Positions 43,885 through 55,301 of a DNA stretch of 64,000 bases are shown here, one piece after another. The notes under the pieces are model-generated. The model was not told where the DNA came from. It saw nothing but the letters and a program-made list of their open reading frames with translations, and searched no databases. Source of the DNA: Perkinsela sp. CCAP 1560/9 (lineage: Eukaryota > Protista > Euglenozoa: Kinetoplastea); the NCBI GenBank assembly GCA_965644495.1, contig CBFFSA010000007.1, positions 620,001 to 684,000 on the forward strand, written 5' to 3'. Each line of letters starts with the position of its first letter. Within the stretch, counting starts at the first letter, position 1. A program made the translations under genes and the position numbers.

Positions 43885-44943
43885 TTGTTCTGTCAAGCGG
43901 ATCTTTGCTATATGTTTATCTTGCCGAAGCAAACGTGCAGTCGCTTGATTAGAAAAATTGACGGTCAATCTATAAATGTCACGCTGCGCCTCCAAAAAAT
44001 TGAGACAGTGCGTCGAACTATATCAGAGTGGGGCAGCGCCGACGAGGCAAAGAAACTTTTTGCCCGCGTTATGGCCGAGAATCCAGTACATCGTTCCCTC
44101 AATTATCTACGCAGGGCTATGGAAAAACAAAGCGAGGGGTCTATCCAGGTTTCGCGCCACAGAATGCGTGCGTTACTTTACTATTATGACTATTCTTATG
44201 GATCAAAAAAACGAACTTTGCATCTCACTGCTCGCAAGCGGGAGGCCCGCGTTAATTTTTGTAAGGCGATGCTACAAGAAAATGAACGAACTGAAGGCCA
44301 GTTCTTTGAGAAACTCGTCTTTACTGATGAGACATTCGTCTGTGAAGGGGATTCTTCCACGTCTACCTGGCAAAGTCGATATGATCGAGTTGCGCGTAAC
44401 AGAGACTTTCACCCCATTAAGGTCATGATATGGGGAGGTATCGACAATCAAGGCAATTTTATATTTCACTGGTGTGACAATTTCGCGTCCTTTTATGCGA
44501 ACGAGATAAGCCGCCCTGTGCAGCCTGGGGAAAAGCGTGAAACGCTTCCTGATCAACTAAAACTCGGGAGCCTATATTATCGTCGCGAAATTCTTGATGC
44601 AGAGTGGGTTCGATACTGTGAGGTAAACCCCACCGCGGTTTACATGGATGATGGAGCCTCGCCGCATACGAGTAAGAAGACACAGCTGTGGTGGAAAAGG
44701 CATGTTGCTTCCGGACATTACGCACAATGTTTGCGGTACATGTCTGGCGTAGAGGACGTAAATCCTTTCCGGTGGCCCGCAGACTCCCCGGATCTAAATC
44801 CCATTGAAAACTTTTGGGCAAGAATTCGGCATGCAAAGAACCAGACGTTTCCTCGCACGTCTGAGGAGATAAAAAGAGTGTCTCAAAGTTATTTTCTCTC
44901 TCTTGAGGGTAGAAGTTGCATAACACATTTAAAAAACGTTTAG
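43885..44943 (+). pseudogene. Tc1/IS630-like transposase DDE domain (DD51E spacing)
   Basis: VFTDET, VMIWGGI, MDDGASPH, WPADSPDLNPIENFW; apparent frameshifts at both ends. Confidence 0.85.
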
Positions 44944-47224
44944 AAATGTGTATAGCTGCCGATGGACATAAAATTCGATATTAAAACACCTTTATCTTAT
45001 GATATTTTTAGACCATTGCTAAAAATTATACTCAGAAAAGTTCATTTTTTAAAGGGATTTTTGACTTTTCAGGGTACTTTTTAAGGTAATATTATATATT
45101 TGTTTTGTCTACAAGTATTTTTCCGGTGGTACCCTCAACTAGATCTGCACGAATACACCGTTCTTTTGCCCTTTCTCTCATATACATGAATGTGGGGATA
45201 GTCCCAAAACCACTGGAACGGGGTTGTACCCTCGTGCAAGCGCCGCAAGTACCACTCCGGCTCTAGGGCTCCGTCCGAGTACGGGGACGCAAGGCTCTCC
45301 TAGGTCGCTTCACTAGCGTGTGTATGTCTGTGCGTGTGAGTCAAGCCGTTTGGCTCCGAAGAGCTGGCTTCCTCCTTCACGCGTAGGTCGCGCTACCGGT
45401 TCTCCACGCGAAGCGTGATCTTCTAACACGAGAGCGTCGAAACCCTTAGGTCCGCAGAGCGTAGAACAACCTTCCCCGGGCACGTGGAAAGCTGAGCCGT
45501 CGCTATTCAGGACGAACTGGGTTTTACACCAGTTCTTCCCGAACGCCCCATGATTCCCAAAAGGGAGAGGAACCGGCTTGCTGGCACAGTTCGGGAGTGG
45601 CGAGTCTCCTCACTATCCTTTTCTTATCTAGCTCATATTTATCCTGTAATTCCCTACATGTAGGGCATCAATAGAGATCAGCTAAACGACTTACGTTGAA
45701 CCTCGGAGAGCCAATCCCCTTGTTACGCATACAGATCTCGGACGCCTCAGCTCTTGCCTTTAGCCGGTAGTTTCGACGACCAATGATATTGGACCGACAC
45801 GCGGGTCGTCAATAATTTCTATGGTGAAAATGTACCCTAAAAAACAAATTTTTGAAAAAACATTCTAACAAAAAACAAATGTGATTCGGCATTATTCTAA
45901 GATATTCTAAGACACTTTGTGACAGTTTTCCCTGATAAACACAAAAAAAAATTAATCGATGCCCTGTAAGATCATCAGTGGTAATCTCAGATTTCAAATG
46001 AGCCGGTTGATCTTCGTCGACACGAAGTTCCCTCACTAAACAAGATAAATGGATTACCTCATTCGCATGCTGAGACTATGTAGAACTTTTAAAAATTAAC
46101 GCAGGTTTCATAATATCGGAGTGCATCTGAAAAAAGCGGCGACATTTGCTGAGTAATGTCTGTAGTGTCCTATAGCTTCGGAATCGGTTTTGTCCCCTCT
46201 ACCCTTCTAACCTTTGTTTCGAGTATGGGGTACCTTGGATGTCTAATGTGACATGCACGATGAACGCCACGACAATCCCATGTCGTGCAAGGAAACTGCC
46301 TGAAACTTTGCAAAAATTACTTTCTAGGCATTTCGTTAAGCGCGGAGGTAATTTTCAATGCAAGGCGCGCAGCAGTGGTGACTTATAAGTCGAAAACAAC
46401 AACCGCTTTTGAGGAATCGACAAAAAAACCAAAAATTTCAGGATAGTATGCTTAAAAAATTCATAAGACTCGAACTGCACTTATCTCTACTTGCGAGCCC
46501 CGACGAAATACGTTTCAGTAAAGCGAACGATAGAATCCTTGTTGGTAGGCGACTGGAAGAATCTACTTGTACATGCATGAATAGCTGTTTACACTGTACT
46601 GTTTCAATGACGTGATGCACTATGGATTTACTTTTCAAGGTTAAAATATGAAATGAAAAGTACAGAGTATATTGCGATTATTTTTAGACAAAATTTTGTT
46701 TAATCGAATAGCATCGAACCGTGCACCAAAAACTGATGAAACTTATACAAGTTTGGTGATATGTGCTTCTTAGATAATGACATGATATGATCTACAGATT
46801 CCTTAAAAACAATCAGCTACAGGACTATACATACGAAAAGAAAGCATAACATATACAGCATAAACAGCATAACAGGTGTAGTAACTAACAGTAAGAAACA
46901 ACGAATAGCTCTCACAACAAGACAGTACAAATATACTTATTTCAGAAACTTAATTAGATCACATCAAGAGATATATTCTGGATTCCAATTCCAAAACACA
47001 TGAATATTTTCAGTTAGATATAGTTGTATGCAGTGCATCACTTTTTCTGTTTCACTACACAAAAGAGATTCGAAGTAAAAATATATAGTTGAATGTCAAA
47101 CACAAATTCTGATTCACCAGAAAAACAGAACGAAGCTAGACTCCAGAAATAAGTATGTCAAAAAAATCTATTAAGGCCTAACGTTTCTCCCTAGATATTC
47201 ACTTCAACGGCGTTCTCAACACTT

Positions 47225-50137
47225 TTACAAATAGTACGGCATTTGTCGCAGTTCCATTCCCACGTTTGGCTTGGCAGCGGAGGAGGTTCCGTGGAAGAAT
47301 GCCAACTTGCTTGCGCATTGCAGGACGAAGGGTGCCTTGATGGATCCGGGCCAGTTCGTGTACATCCAGCACAGGTGGTAGGACATGTTCTCTATAGCTT
47401 GCAAGGGCAAACCACCATCACGGAGCACAAAGTACTTGACCGGTTTCGAGGTAGCCAGGGTGCAGTCGACAGCGATTTGGGAAAAGGAGTGGGAGCTGTG
47501 CTCGACAACATGTCCACGAGGAATGTTGTGCCACTCCACCCGTCCGCCCTTTGATACTGGCGCTGCGTAGCGATCATGAATACGTTTCTGGACTACCATG
47601 AAGGTAAGTTCAACGTTTTTGCTTCCGAGTAATTTTTCACAGTCCGCCATCTCTTCAACGCGCACACGGTCCATCATGCTGTCTCCCACACCGTCGCGGT
47701 ACACTACAACGCGTCCGACATTGGAACCTTTCACGAGCACCTCGAACACTTCTTCGAGAAATTCCTTCAATGTGGTCATGCTCATGCGATCCATCACTGG
47801 GTTACGTCCGTCAGTCTGCTCACTCGCGGCTCCAGCATTGCGGCGGCTTTCAGTCGATGATCCTCCCATCATCTTCTGTCGGGACACCTGCATGTCTGTG
47901 TTGCACAAATGGCTCCACTTTCGAGTCTCCGCATTGTAGTACCAGGCTACAAAACCAGCGAGGTTGCGACGTTGATTTTCGAAGGATCCGGATTCACTTG
48001 CTTCGCTTTTGCGATCGCTATAGATATCGTAGCCCACGTAGATGGTGCCATTTGCTCCAAGCTCCGGAACGTTGCTCGGAATGTCAACCAGCCACAATGG
48101 CGTACCCATCTTAGCAGTCACATTCTTCGCAATGTTGTGAACATAGGGTCCTGCCGTTTTTGCCTTGCTCATCTTGTCAAAGTCTACGAATTGGGAGACG
48201 ATGCCCATAGACCCCAGTTCGCTCTTCAACGTGCCGTAGGCATCCTGACCACGTGTGCTGTGGCCGTTGCTGAGGACGCATAGCACAAGGGCGGGTGTAC
48301 CTTCCGCCATGGCCTGGCGTACGGTATCGGTTCGCACGGAGTCCAAGCATTTGTCGATAAAGTCGCGGTCGTCTTCACCACTATCGACGAAGGTGACAGG
48401 TCCTTTCGCCTTCCATACGCCACGAATGCGTTCGTTGACATCCATAATTTGACGCACTAAGTCACGAGCCTTAGCACCCCAACCAAAGACTTGGTATTCT
48501 TTGCGTTCCTCGTTGAACTGAATCCGCATGGTCTGGGGAGCGAAATCTTGATTCGGGCGGAGAGTCTCTGGAGAGCCAACGATCTGGACTTTGACGGTCT
48601 TCATTTCTTTCGGTTGTATGGTTTCCAATGCCGCATTCTTGATCTGAAGGCCGTATCCGCTCAGGAGCTCTTTCGGTTCCTGTTCATCGAATCTCTTCAC
48701 CAACTTGATACACTGATCTTGCATTTCCTCGGGCATCTTGGAGCATCGCGTCGGAAGGAAGCGTCGTGCTTCAGTGCTTAATTGGTCCACAAGGACGAAT
48801 TCAGGAATGAGGCGGACGCGGCCGGAGCGCTCACCCCAGATAAGAGGCTGATCCGTCTTTGTAACCTCCAACACATACGTCTCCTTGTAGTAATCCGCAT
48901 AAGAGATCGTTCGTCCGCTCTTAAGCTCGAAGACGGACTCCACCGTCGTCCCCTTATCCACTTTGTAGACCATGTAGTTGCGCTTCCTCGTTCCGTAAGA
49001 CGTCATCACCTTGAGACCCAGCAGACTGCGCGGCCCGTTCTTGTTGAGGTAGTCCAGCGCAGTTACACGTGCTTCCACATGACTTCGAGGATGAACAATG
49101 AGAACAACACCGTTGTCTGTCAACTGGAATGTTGCAAAGTAACCAGGTACCACAATCATATCGCGATACACACGTTGCCGAGTGAAATCGCAGTATATTT
49201 TTCCTGTTCGGCGAAGATCTAATGATTCCAGAATTCGGCATAACACATGATTGTACACTTGCATCGTTTGTTCCTCATTAGAGCGGGGGTTGAGTTGCAC
49301 CTTAGTGATGTCTTCTTTGCGTAGTTCCATTGTGGTCTTGAAAGATCCAAGGGAGACTTCACGTGAAAGCGGTTCTTGCAAATGTTCGGAGATATCCTCA
49401 AGGCAATAAAAGTTAGTTCCAGAGATGATCAAATCGAGCTTCTTGAGGTATTCCTTTTCTAAGACTTGGCGAAGATATCCGAATAGAAGCTTCTTACGTT
49501 GAATTTCGCTGATGTTTTCATTTTTCTCGATGCTGAGGGGATACATGTAGACCTCCGCCTTACTGATGGAGACATTGACAGCATTCCACATTACGTCGCG
49601 GCATGGTGCACGCTGACGGAGGGCGTCACGTTCGGATGCCATCAAACGACCACGTTCCGTCCTGTCTTTATCAGCCCAGAAACGATCCCAACAGCCACTG
49701 CAACAGCGTTTATTGGGGACGTCCGCATGCTTTCCTACTCGGCATAACTTACCACAGCTGTCGCATTTGGCGTACTCGCTCCCAATGAAGGGCATCATGC
49801 TTCCGGTGCCCGGACCACCTCCCATGGGACCGCCCATCGGACGGGGACCACCGGGTGCACCACCCGGAGGGCCACCTGGTCGTCCTCCAGGAGCTGGGCC
49901 ACAATCGTCTCTTCGGTAGTTGTCGTTTCGGCGATCATCGCGGCGGTTGTCATCCCGGCGATAGTCTTGGCGGTGGTCACGCGAGCGATCGTCCCTGCGA
50001 TAGTCGTCGCGACGGTCATCGCGTCGATAATCATCACGACGGTCATCGCGCCGATAATCATCACGACGATCATCGCGCCGATAATCATCGCGCCGGTAGT
50101 CGTCACGTCGGTAGTCGTCGCGTCGATTGTAACTCAT
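47225..50137 (-). CDS. AGO1: Argonaute/PIWI protein, copy 2
   Basis: 970 aa, five residues different from copy 1. Confidence 0.92.
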   Translation of the reverse strand: MSYNRRDDYRRDDYRRDDYRRDDRRDDYRRDDRRDDYRRDDRRDDYRRDDRSRDHRQDYRRDDNRRDDRRNDNYRRDDCGPAPGGRPGGPPGGAPGGPRPMGGPMGGGPGTGSMMPFIGSEYAKCDSCGKLCRVGKHADVPNKRCCSGCWDRFWADKDRTERGRLMASERDALRQRAPCRDVMWNAVNVSISKAEVYMYPLSIEKNENISEIQRKKLLFGYLRQVLEKEYLKKLDLIISGTNFYCLEDISEHLQEPLSREVSLGSFKTTMELRKEDITKVQLNPRSNEEQTMQVYNHVLCRILESLDLRRTGKIYCDFTRQRVYRDMIVVPGYFATFQLTDNGVVLIVHPRSHVEARVTALDYLNKNGPRSLLGLKVMTSYGTRKRNYMVYKVDKGTTVESVFELKSGRTISYADYYKETYVLEVTKTDQPLIWGERSGRVRLIPEFVLVDQLSTEARRFLPTRCSKMPEEMQDQCIKLVKRFDEQEPKELLSGYGLQIKNAALETIQPKEMKTVKVQIVGSPETLRPNQDFAPQTMRIQFNEERKEYQVFGWGAKARDLVRQIMDVNERIRGVWKAKGPVTFVDSGEDDRDFIDKCLDSVRTDTVRQAMAEGTPALVLCVLSNGHSTRGQDAYGTLKSELGSMGIVSQFVDFDKMSKAKTAGPYVHNIAKNVTAKMGTPLWLVDIPSNVPELGANGTIYVGYDIYSDRKSEASESGSFENQRRNLAGFVAWYYNAETRKWSHLCNTDMQVSRQKMMGGSSTESRRNAGAASEQTDGRNPVMDRMSMTTLKEFLEEVFEVLVKGSNVGRVVVYRDGVGDSMMDRVRVEEMADCEKLLGSKNVELTFMVVQKRIHDRYAAPVSKGGRVEWHNIPRGHVVEHSSHSFSQIAVDCTLATSKPVKYFVLRDGGLPLQAIENMSYHLCWMYTNWPGSIKAPFVLQCASKLAFFHGTSSAAKPNVGMELRQMPYYL

Positions 50138-51544
50138 AGAATTTGGTTAAAAGTAGTTAAATTTTCAGGTTCCGTTGTATGTCCTTGTTGTATCTGACAT
50201 ACAACAATTAGGACATAATGTCCGAGAAACGACTTATTGATGTTGCATGTGATTAAACAGAGAAACTATGGGAGACTTTTATACATTCAGCGAATTGTGG
50301 GTTAAGTTGTTTCATATCAGCGAATCACTACAAGAGTAATCATCATGGAATTTTCTGGAGATACGTGGAAACAGTGTTTCATTGTGACAACCGGTCATCT
50401 ACAGACTCTCCATTGCATTTTTATCCCCCCAGACCCTTTTTTCATTCATTCTCGAGCCAGCAATCCTTCGGAGGTTTCACCTGCTTCGGATTCCGCTCCT
50501 TCGATTTCAAGTCCTTCAATCGAGACTTCCCCAAGTCAACGAGCTTTTCACGACTTGCGCGAACAGTGTCAATGTTGGCATTTCATGCTACTACTATCCT
50601 AAGTTCTTAATAAAATATGCCCATGCCCACTTAGTATGCCTAGTTGGTATACTAAGTGGCCTTGGGAAAGGCTACTAGGTATACTAAGGCATGGGTATAC
50701 TAACATGGTTTAGTAAAACTTTTCAGTAAAATTCTACTAAAATACATATTTTCTTTCCTGTATCCGAAAAAAAAACAAAAAAACACTTTGAAATTTCATC
50801 CAAAAATATATGTTCAAAAAACATCGGTTTACAGTATTTTTCCGTGGTTACGCAGAGAGGTTCCCCTTTTATGCAAAAGATATTAGTAGAAAAGCTTGCC
50901 TGTAGCTTTCACAATGTTTGTTCCATTTTTCGATCATAGGGACAACACGCAAACGGAGGAAGAGCTCGCTGTAGACTACGCCAAAGTACTACATAACCTC
51001 CACGGGGAGGAGATCTCACGGTTCGCTTCAATGATCATGGTTGGATACTCACCTCCGAGCCTCATTAACACCCGCTCCTGGGGAAAGTCCGATGGACACG
51101 AGACGTGCTGCATATGTCGGGAAAGAAAACAAACACTCAGACACATCTTAACATTTTGTTATTCGTGCAGTAAACTGCAGAGATTAATAACGAGAAAGAT
51201 AGGGAGTTTCCCTGTCATTGCGCCCAAAACGCACTTCTTTCTCTCAGTTTATCACCTCACTGGAAGCTTGGCATCAACCAGTTGGGGTATTCCCGTTGCT
51301 GGTAAATGCAGAAACTCCCGCATAGTGCTCGCTGCACGAACTTCTCCCTACACTGCGAGGCCATTGTCTTGCCTCCAAATAGAGAGTTTAGGGCGCGCGC
51401 GGAAGTATTGAGCTTCTCTCGCGCCTACCTCGAACACCAGGAGAAAAATAGACGGATTTTCCATTTTCCGTTGCTTGTATAGGTGATTATACTTATAGGT
51501 GATTATACTTTCTAACTTTCCGTTCTTGCGCCGTTTCAAAGTTT

Positions 51545-52968
51545 GGCGGATTGTCAACACCCACGCACCATTTTTATTCCCAGAAAATAATTTTCTTGTC
51601 ATTTCCAGTGCACCACTTTTTCTTGAGAACTGTATTCTCATTTCCAATGCACCATCAATTATTTAAAGAAGTATTATTTTATAATATCCTTCGGATCTAC
51701 ACTACAAATGCGCCATTATTCAAGACTCAGTCATTACGATTGTAATCGTATTCAATCAATCTTTACATCTGGCGAGAGTCGGCGAAGCATAGCTCGAATA
51801 ATTGGCAAAAGTCACAGCACTGTTTGTCGCGAGTTGGCGAGTAATGCAAGAAGGGGTCAGCGCTATGAGGGGACGAGGGCACAGTACATTTCGAAAAGAC
51901 GCCTCTCGTGTAAAAAGGTCAAGCCTCACAAGATACAAGGCCTTTTGGAAGAGGAAGTCAGCTCTCGACTTCAAAAGAAGCACAGCCCGGAACAGATTGC
52001 AAATACGATCCGTAGCTGTCGTACCGTCTCGACTTCTACCATATATCGCCATATTCGTCGCAACGCGTCCTTAGGCGGCAAGTTGTACACCCATTTGCGG
52101 ATCCGGCGAAAGAGGCCATACCGTCGTCGCACCAGACCTGATCGCAGCGCGATTCCCAACCGAACACCACTTGAAAATCGACCAGAAATTGTTAATAAGC
52201 GTCGGCGCTACGGCGATTGGGAAGCAGACTTGGTCGAGGGTCGAGGACATGGCGGATATATTCTTACCCTGTGCGAGCGTAAGAGTCGCTTCCTTGTTCT
52301 TCGCAAGTTGGAAGCTAAGCACGCGAAGGGGGTAAGCAAACAAATTGTAGACGGGTTAAAAAATTACAAGGTTCAAACAATCACATACGACAACGGAACA
52401 GAATTCTGGCACCATGAAGAAGTAGACAAAGAATTAAAATGCAAGTCTTTCTTTTGCGCTCCGTATCATTCGTGGGAGAAAGGGTCTGTGGAACATGCAA
52501 ACGGTTTGATCCGACAATTCCATCAGAAAACCGAATCTTTTGAGAATTTAAACCAAAGTGAATTAAACAAAACAGCATTGGAATTGAACACTCGTCCCCG
52601 GAAATTATTAAATTATCGTTCTCCAATGGATTTTGTGAATGAACTGCGTAAGTAAAAGAAGCTAAGTAAGCAAAGGTACGTGAGAAAGCTTGTAAAGTTA
52701 GTCTGTTAGTGTTGGAAATTTAATGACAATAAATTTAAGCATTTTGTAAAGGTGAAGAAATTCTTGTCTAATAAAGTTTCTTACTCAAACCTTACACTTG
52801 TACTACGCTTTCTTAAAATACTCTGGATAAGTTTTTATGTTGAAAGGAAAAAGGAACGATGTTCAACTATGGTGAGGCGCAGAAAAAAGGAATGACGGTC
52901 GACTATGGTGAAAAAAGTGGTGCGCTGGAGTTGACAATGGGGTGATGCACTGGAGTCGAACATCCGGG
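51545..52968 (+). mobile_element. IS30-family insertion sequence, 1424 bp
   Basis: 26-bp imperfect IRs GGCGGATTGTCAACACCCACGCACCA / CCCGGATGTTCGACTCCAGTGCATCA (reverse complement; 16/26 match); TTT duplicated at 51542-51544 and 52969-52971. Confidence 0.88.
51708..52655 (+). CDS. IS30-family transposase, intact
   Basis: HTH (SIARIIGKSHSTVCREL), SPEQIA, STSTIYR, GDWEADLV, TITYDNGTEF, PYHSWEKGSVEHANGLIRQF, LNTRPRKLL.Y.SP; D-D-33-E. Confidence 0.95.
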   Translation: MRHYSRLSHYDCNRIQSIFTSGESRRSIARIIGKSHSTVCRELASNARRGQRYEGTRAQYISKRRLSCKKVKPHKIQGLLEEEVSSRLQKKHSPEQIANTIRSCRTVSTSTIYRHIRRNASLGGKLYTHLRIRRKRPYRRRTRPDRSAIPNRTPLENRPEIVNKRRRYGDWEADLVEGRGHGGYILTLCERKSRFLVLRKLEAKHAKGVSKQIVDGLKNYKVQTITYDNGTEFWHHEEVDKELKCKSFFCAPYHSWEKGSVEHANGLIRQFHQKTESFENLNQSELNKTALELNTRPRKLLNYRSPMDFVNELRK

Positions 52969-55301
52969 TTTTCTTCCCAAGGGGACGTAAGCTCAATAAT
53001 ATATTCCGACCCGTTGTGCAACCTCACCCACCCGTCTGGTCTCAGTTCAGTTCCATGCGAGAGCCAGGCGGGTGCGTTGCGGTACAGTGATACGTCGAAG
53101 TGGGAGGAGGCTGTCATAGGGGAGTCGGAAACGGCGTCCGCTAAAGCCATTAAGATGAGATCATGCCGGTAAGTGTACCGACCTTGCTCCAGAGACACCT
53201 TGCTACCCGTGAGGATGTGCCGCGGGGTGCACTGCATCACTCCTTCAGGAAAGATACACATATAGACCCAACGCAGTCCTGAAAGTATTGCGTGACCACA
53301 TAAACGAATGTGGTCACGTGCTGTAAATTATCCTGTACTGTAAATTACAGTATTTTTCCACGGTTACGCAGAGAGGATCTCCTTTGATGCAAAAGAAATT
53401 ACTAAGTAGTAGAAAAGCATGCCTGTAGCTTTCACAATGTTTGTCCCATTTTTCGATCATGGGTCTGTATCGCACTTCAGGTGCAAGCGTGGAGGCCCTC
53501 CACTGGAGGGTGTGGATGGGAATCTCACTGTAAGGCAAAAAATCACTATTTTAAACACAGGCGGGAATGTCGGGAGAAACAGGAGACGCTTGCACTTGAG
53601 ACCTCGGAACTAGCCAAAAATGAAGCGATGGGATTAGAGTGTTACTATTAAAAGGTCCTTCCGTGCGTTCAAGCGTCTGCGATTTTATCCACTTCGCGAT
53701 TCTTATGGCTGGTGACGGCGTTAGAGAAGCTAAGACCGACGGTACCGTCCGACACGATCATGAAATCCCTTCCGAAAGCAAGCGCCATATTTCATAAGTG
53801 TGGTGCCACGCTTGCAGAAGAATTATTGGATATGTTGTGTCATGACATAGACACACATGTGTACTATGGTTTAGCGGTAGACGCCGGTATTGATCGCGTC
53901 AAGTCGGAGCACGTTCTTATCAGCGTGCTATACATGTATGTTGAAAAAAAGGAGTATGTCTTCCCAGCGTTATACACGTCGAAGTATAAAGCTTTCGATG
54001 GCAAACTAATGGCGAATGATCTCAACACGCTTGTGGGTAACATAAGCCAGGAGCGATTGTTAAAATTAAAGTTCATGATGGTAGACGGAAGCACTGTCAA
54101 TTATGTTGCCCGAGAAGCATGTGAAGGTCATCTTCGAGCTATATACGAGCGAATTCACCCTGTTGGGGCTTCTGATGTGGAAGCATTTGAAAGAGATTCT
54201 GCAGCGATCCGAAAATAACTTTGCTGTCCTGCATTGGACATACTGAATAACGTATGCTGAATAACGTCTGCAAGACATCGCTACAGATTTATGAGTCACA
54301 ACCGTCGCTGAAGCTGAAGCATGAGTTCTGCAAAGCCTTCTATTCGGGTGGTCGAGCGTGTGCATCGAAGGGAAAGTACAAGGCGTTGCTCTCGATCAGG
54401 CTCTCATTCGTTTTGACCCCGAATTTATAAGGATGAAATTTCTTTCCGCCAATATCTTCTCGGACATACAGAAGAAACCCCTTCTCAGTGGAAATTGGTT
54501 CTTGAGTCAAAGCTGAATGATTGTTCAACGAAATTGAAGGTAATTATTCCACCTGAAACAAGCATTCTACAAGCCAAGCTTGCTGATACTGGAATTGACT
54601 GGGCTACCAAATATGCAATATTAAAGGAGCGTGACCCGGTGATTATTAGTGCCATGAAGAATGCTAGAGACACTCGTATCGTTGCAACTCCCAAACTCGG
54701 CGGGGTTATAAGATGGTGCACAAACAAATCTACTTGCATGAAATTTCTCTCAGAAGAAATCAGGCTGCTTATGTTGCTCATGAGGCCGGAAGACCGAAGC
54801 CGTCTAAATCCATATTGAGATGCAATGAAACTATCAACAACGTTGGGTGCGATGCGATCGAGTCGGAATGTCGAAATTTTCTTACGGAATGCAAGCCTCT
54901 GCATGTCGCCCTAAAAGCGTTTTCTGATATGATGGGGCAGCCTATGGCAGCGCACGTTGCTCAGACATTAGAGCTACTCTTCGAGCACGCTTCACCTCGG
55001 GATGCGCCTCCGGGTTTCCTAGAAGCATTAAAACATCACAAGCGTCAACTGGAAAAGAACCATAATATGAAGTTTTGGAAGGAGGTTATGTGGTTCAGAC
55101 CAAGTTGGATAGTGCAATGCGCTCGACCATCAAACACTCCCTCAATTTCTTGGAAACGCGCCAAAAATTTCTTTCCCGGATCCCTTTACTGTCCAGAAAA
55201 TGGTAACGAGCCTCCAATTTTTTGCATTACAGAGGAGTGGAAGGAATGTGTAGCACACGAGGACTACAGATGGAATCCGCCCGCACACGCCAACGAATAT
55301 A

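Larger units (their letters stand above)
42591..45226 (+). mobile_element. Complete Tc1/mariner-like element, 2636 bp, TA TSD
   Basis: TIR CAACCCCGTTC...TGGGACTA; TA on both sides; empty site GCCCGCAA-TA-CCCTC at 58057-58058 in the sister unit. Confidence 0.93.
41396..50543. repeat. Segmental duplication unit containing AGO copy 2 (counterpart ~56820-63628)
   Basis: 41396-42590 plus 45227-50543 is collinear with 56820 onward; the Tc1 element 42591-45226 is present only in this unit. Confidence 0.9.
50938..53261. pseudogene. Non-LTR retrotransposon remnants; the minus-strand restriction-like endonuclease is split by IS30
   Basis: Minus strand: HILT...RHD...RPDG...IELTSPWEEN | FETAQERKVRKYNHL...FEVGAR. 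Separate plus-strand CICR...TLRHILTFC knuckle near 51105-51160. Confidence 0.8.

Noticed and set aside
51552-52936. Alternative IS30 boundaries (TGTCAAC...GTTGACA with an AT duplication)
   Set aside because: Removing this interval leaves extra IR-like sequence and does not restore the host frame; 51545-52968 does.
51545-52968. IS30 as bacterial contamination or chimeric assembly
   Set aside because: A precise TSD and frame restoration of a eukaryote-type retroelement argue for real integration; read-level confirmation is still needed.
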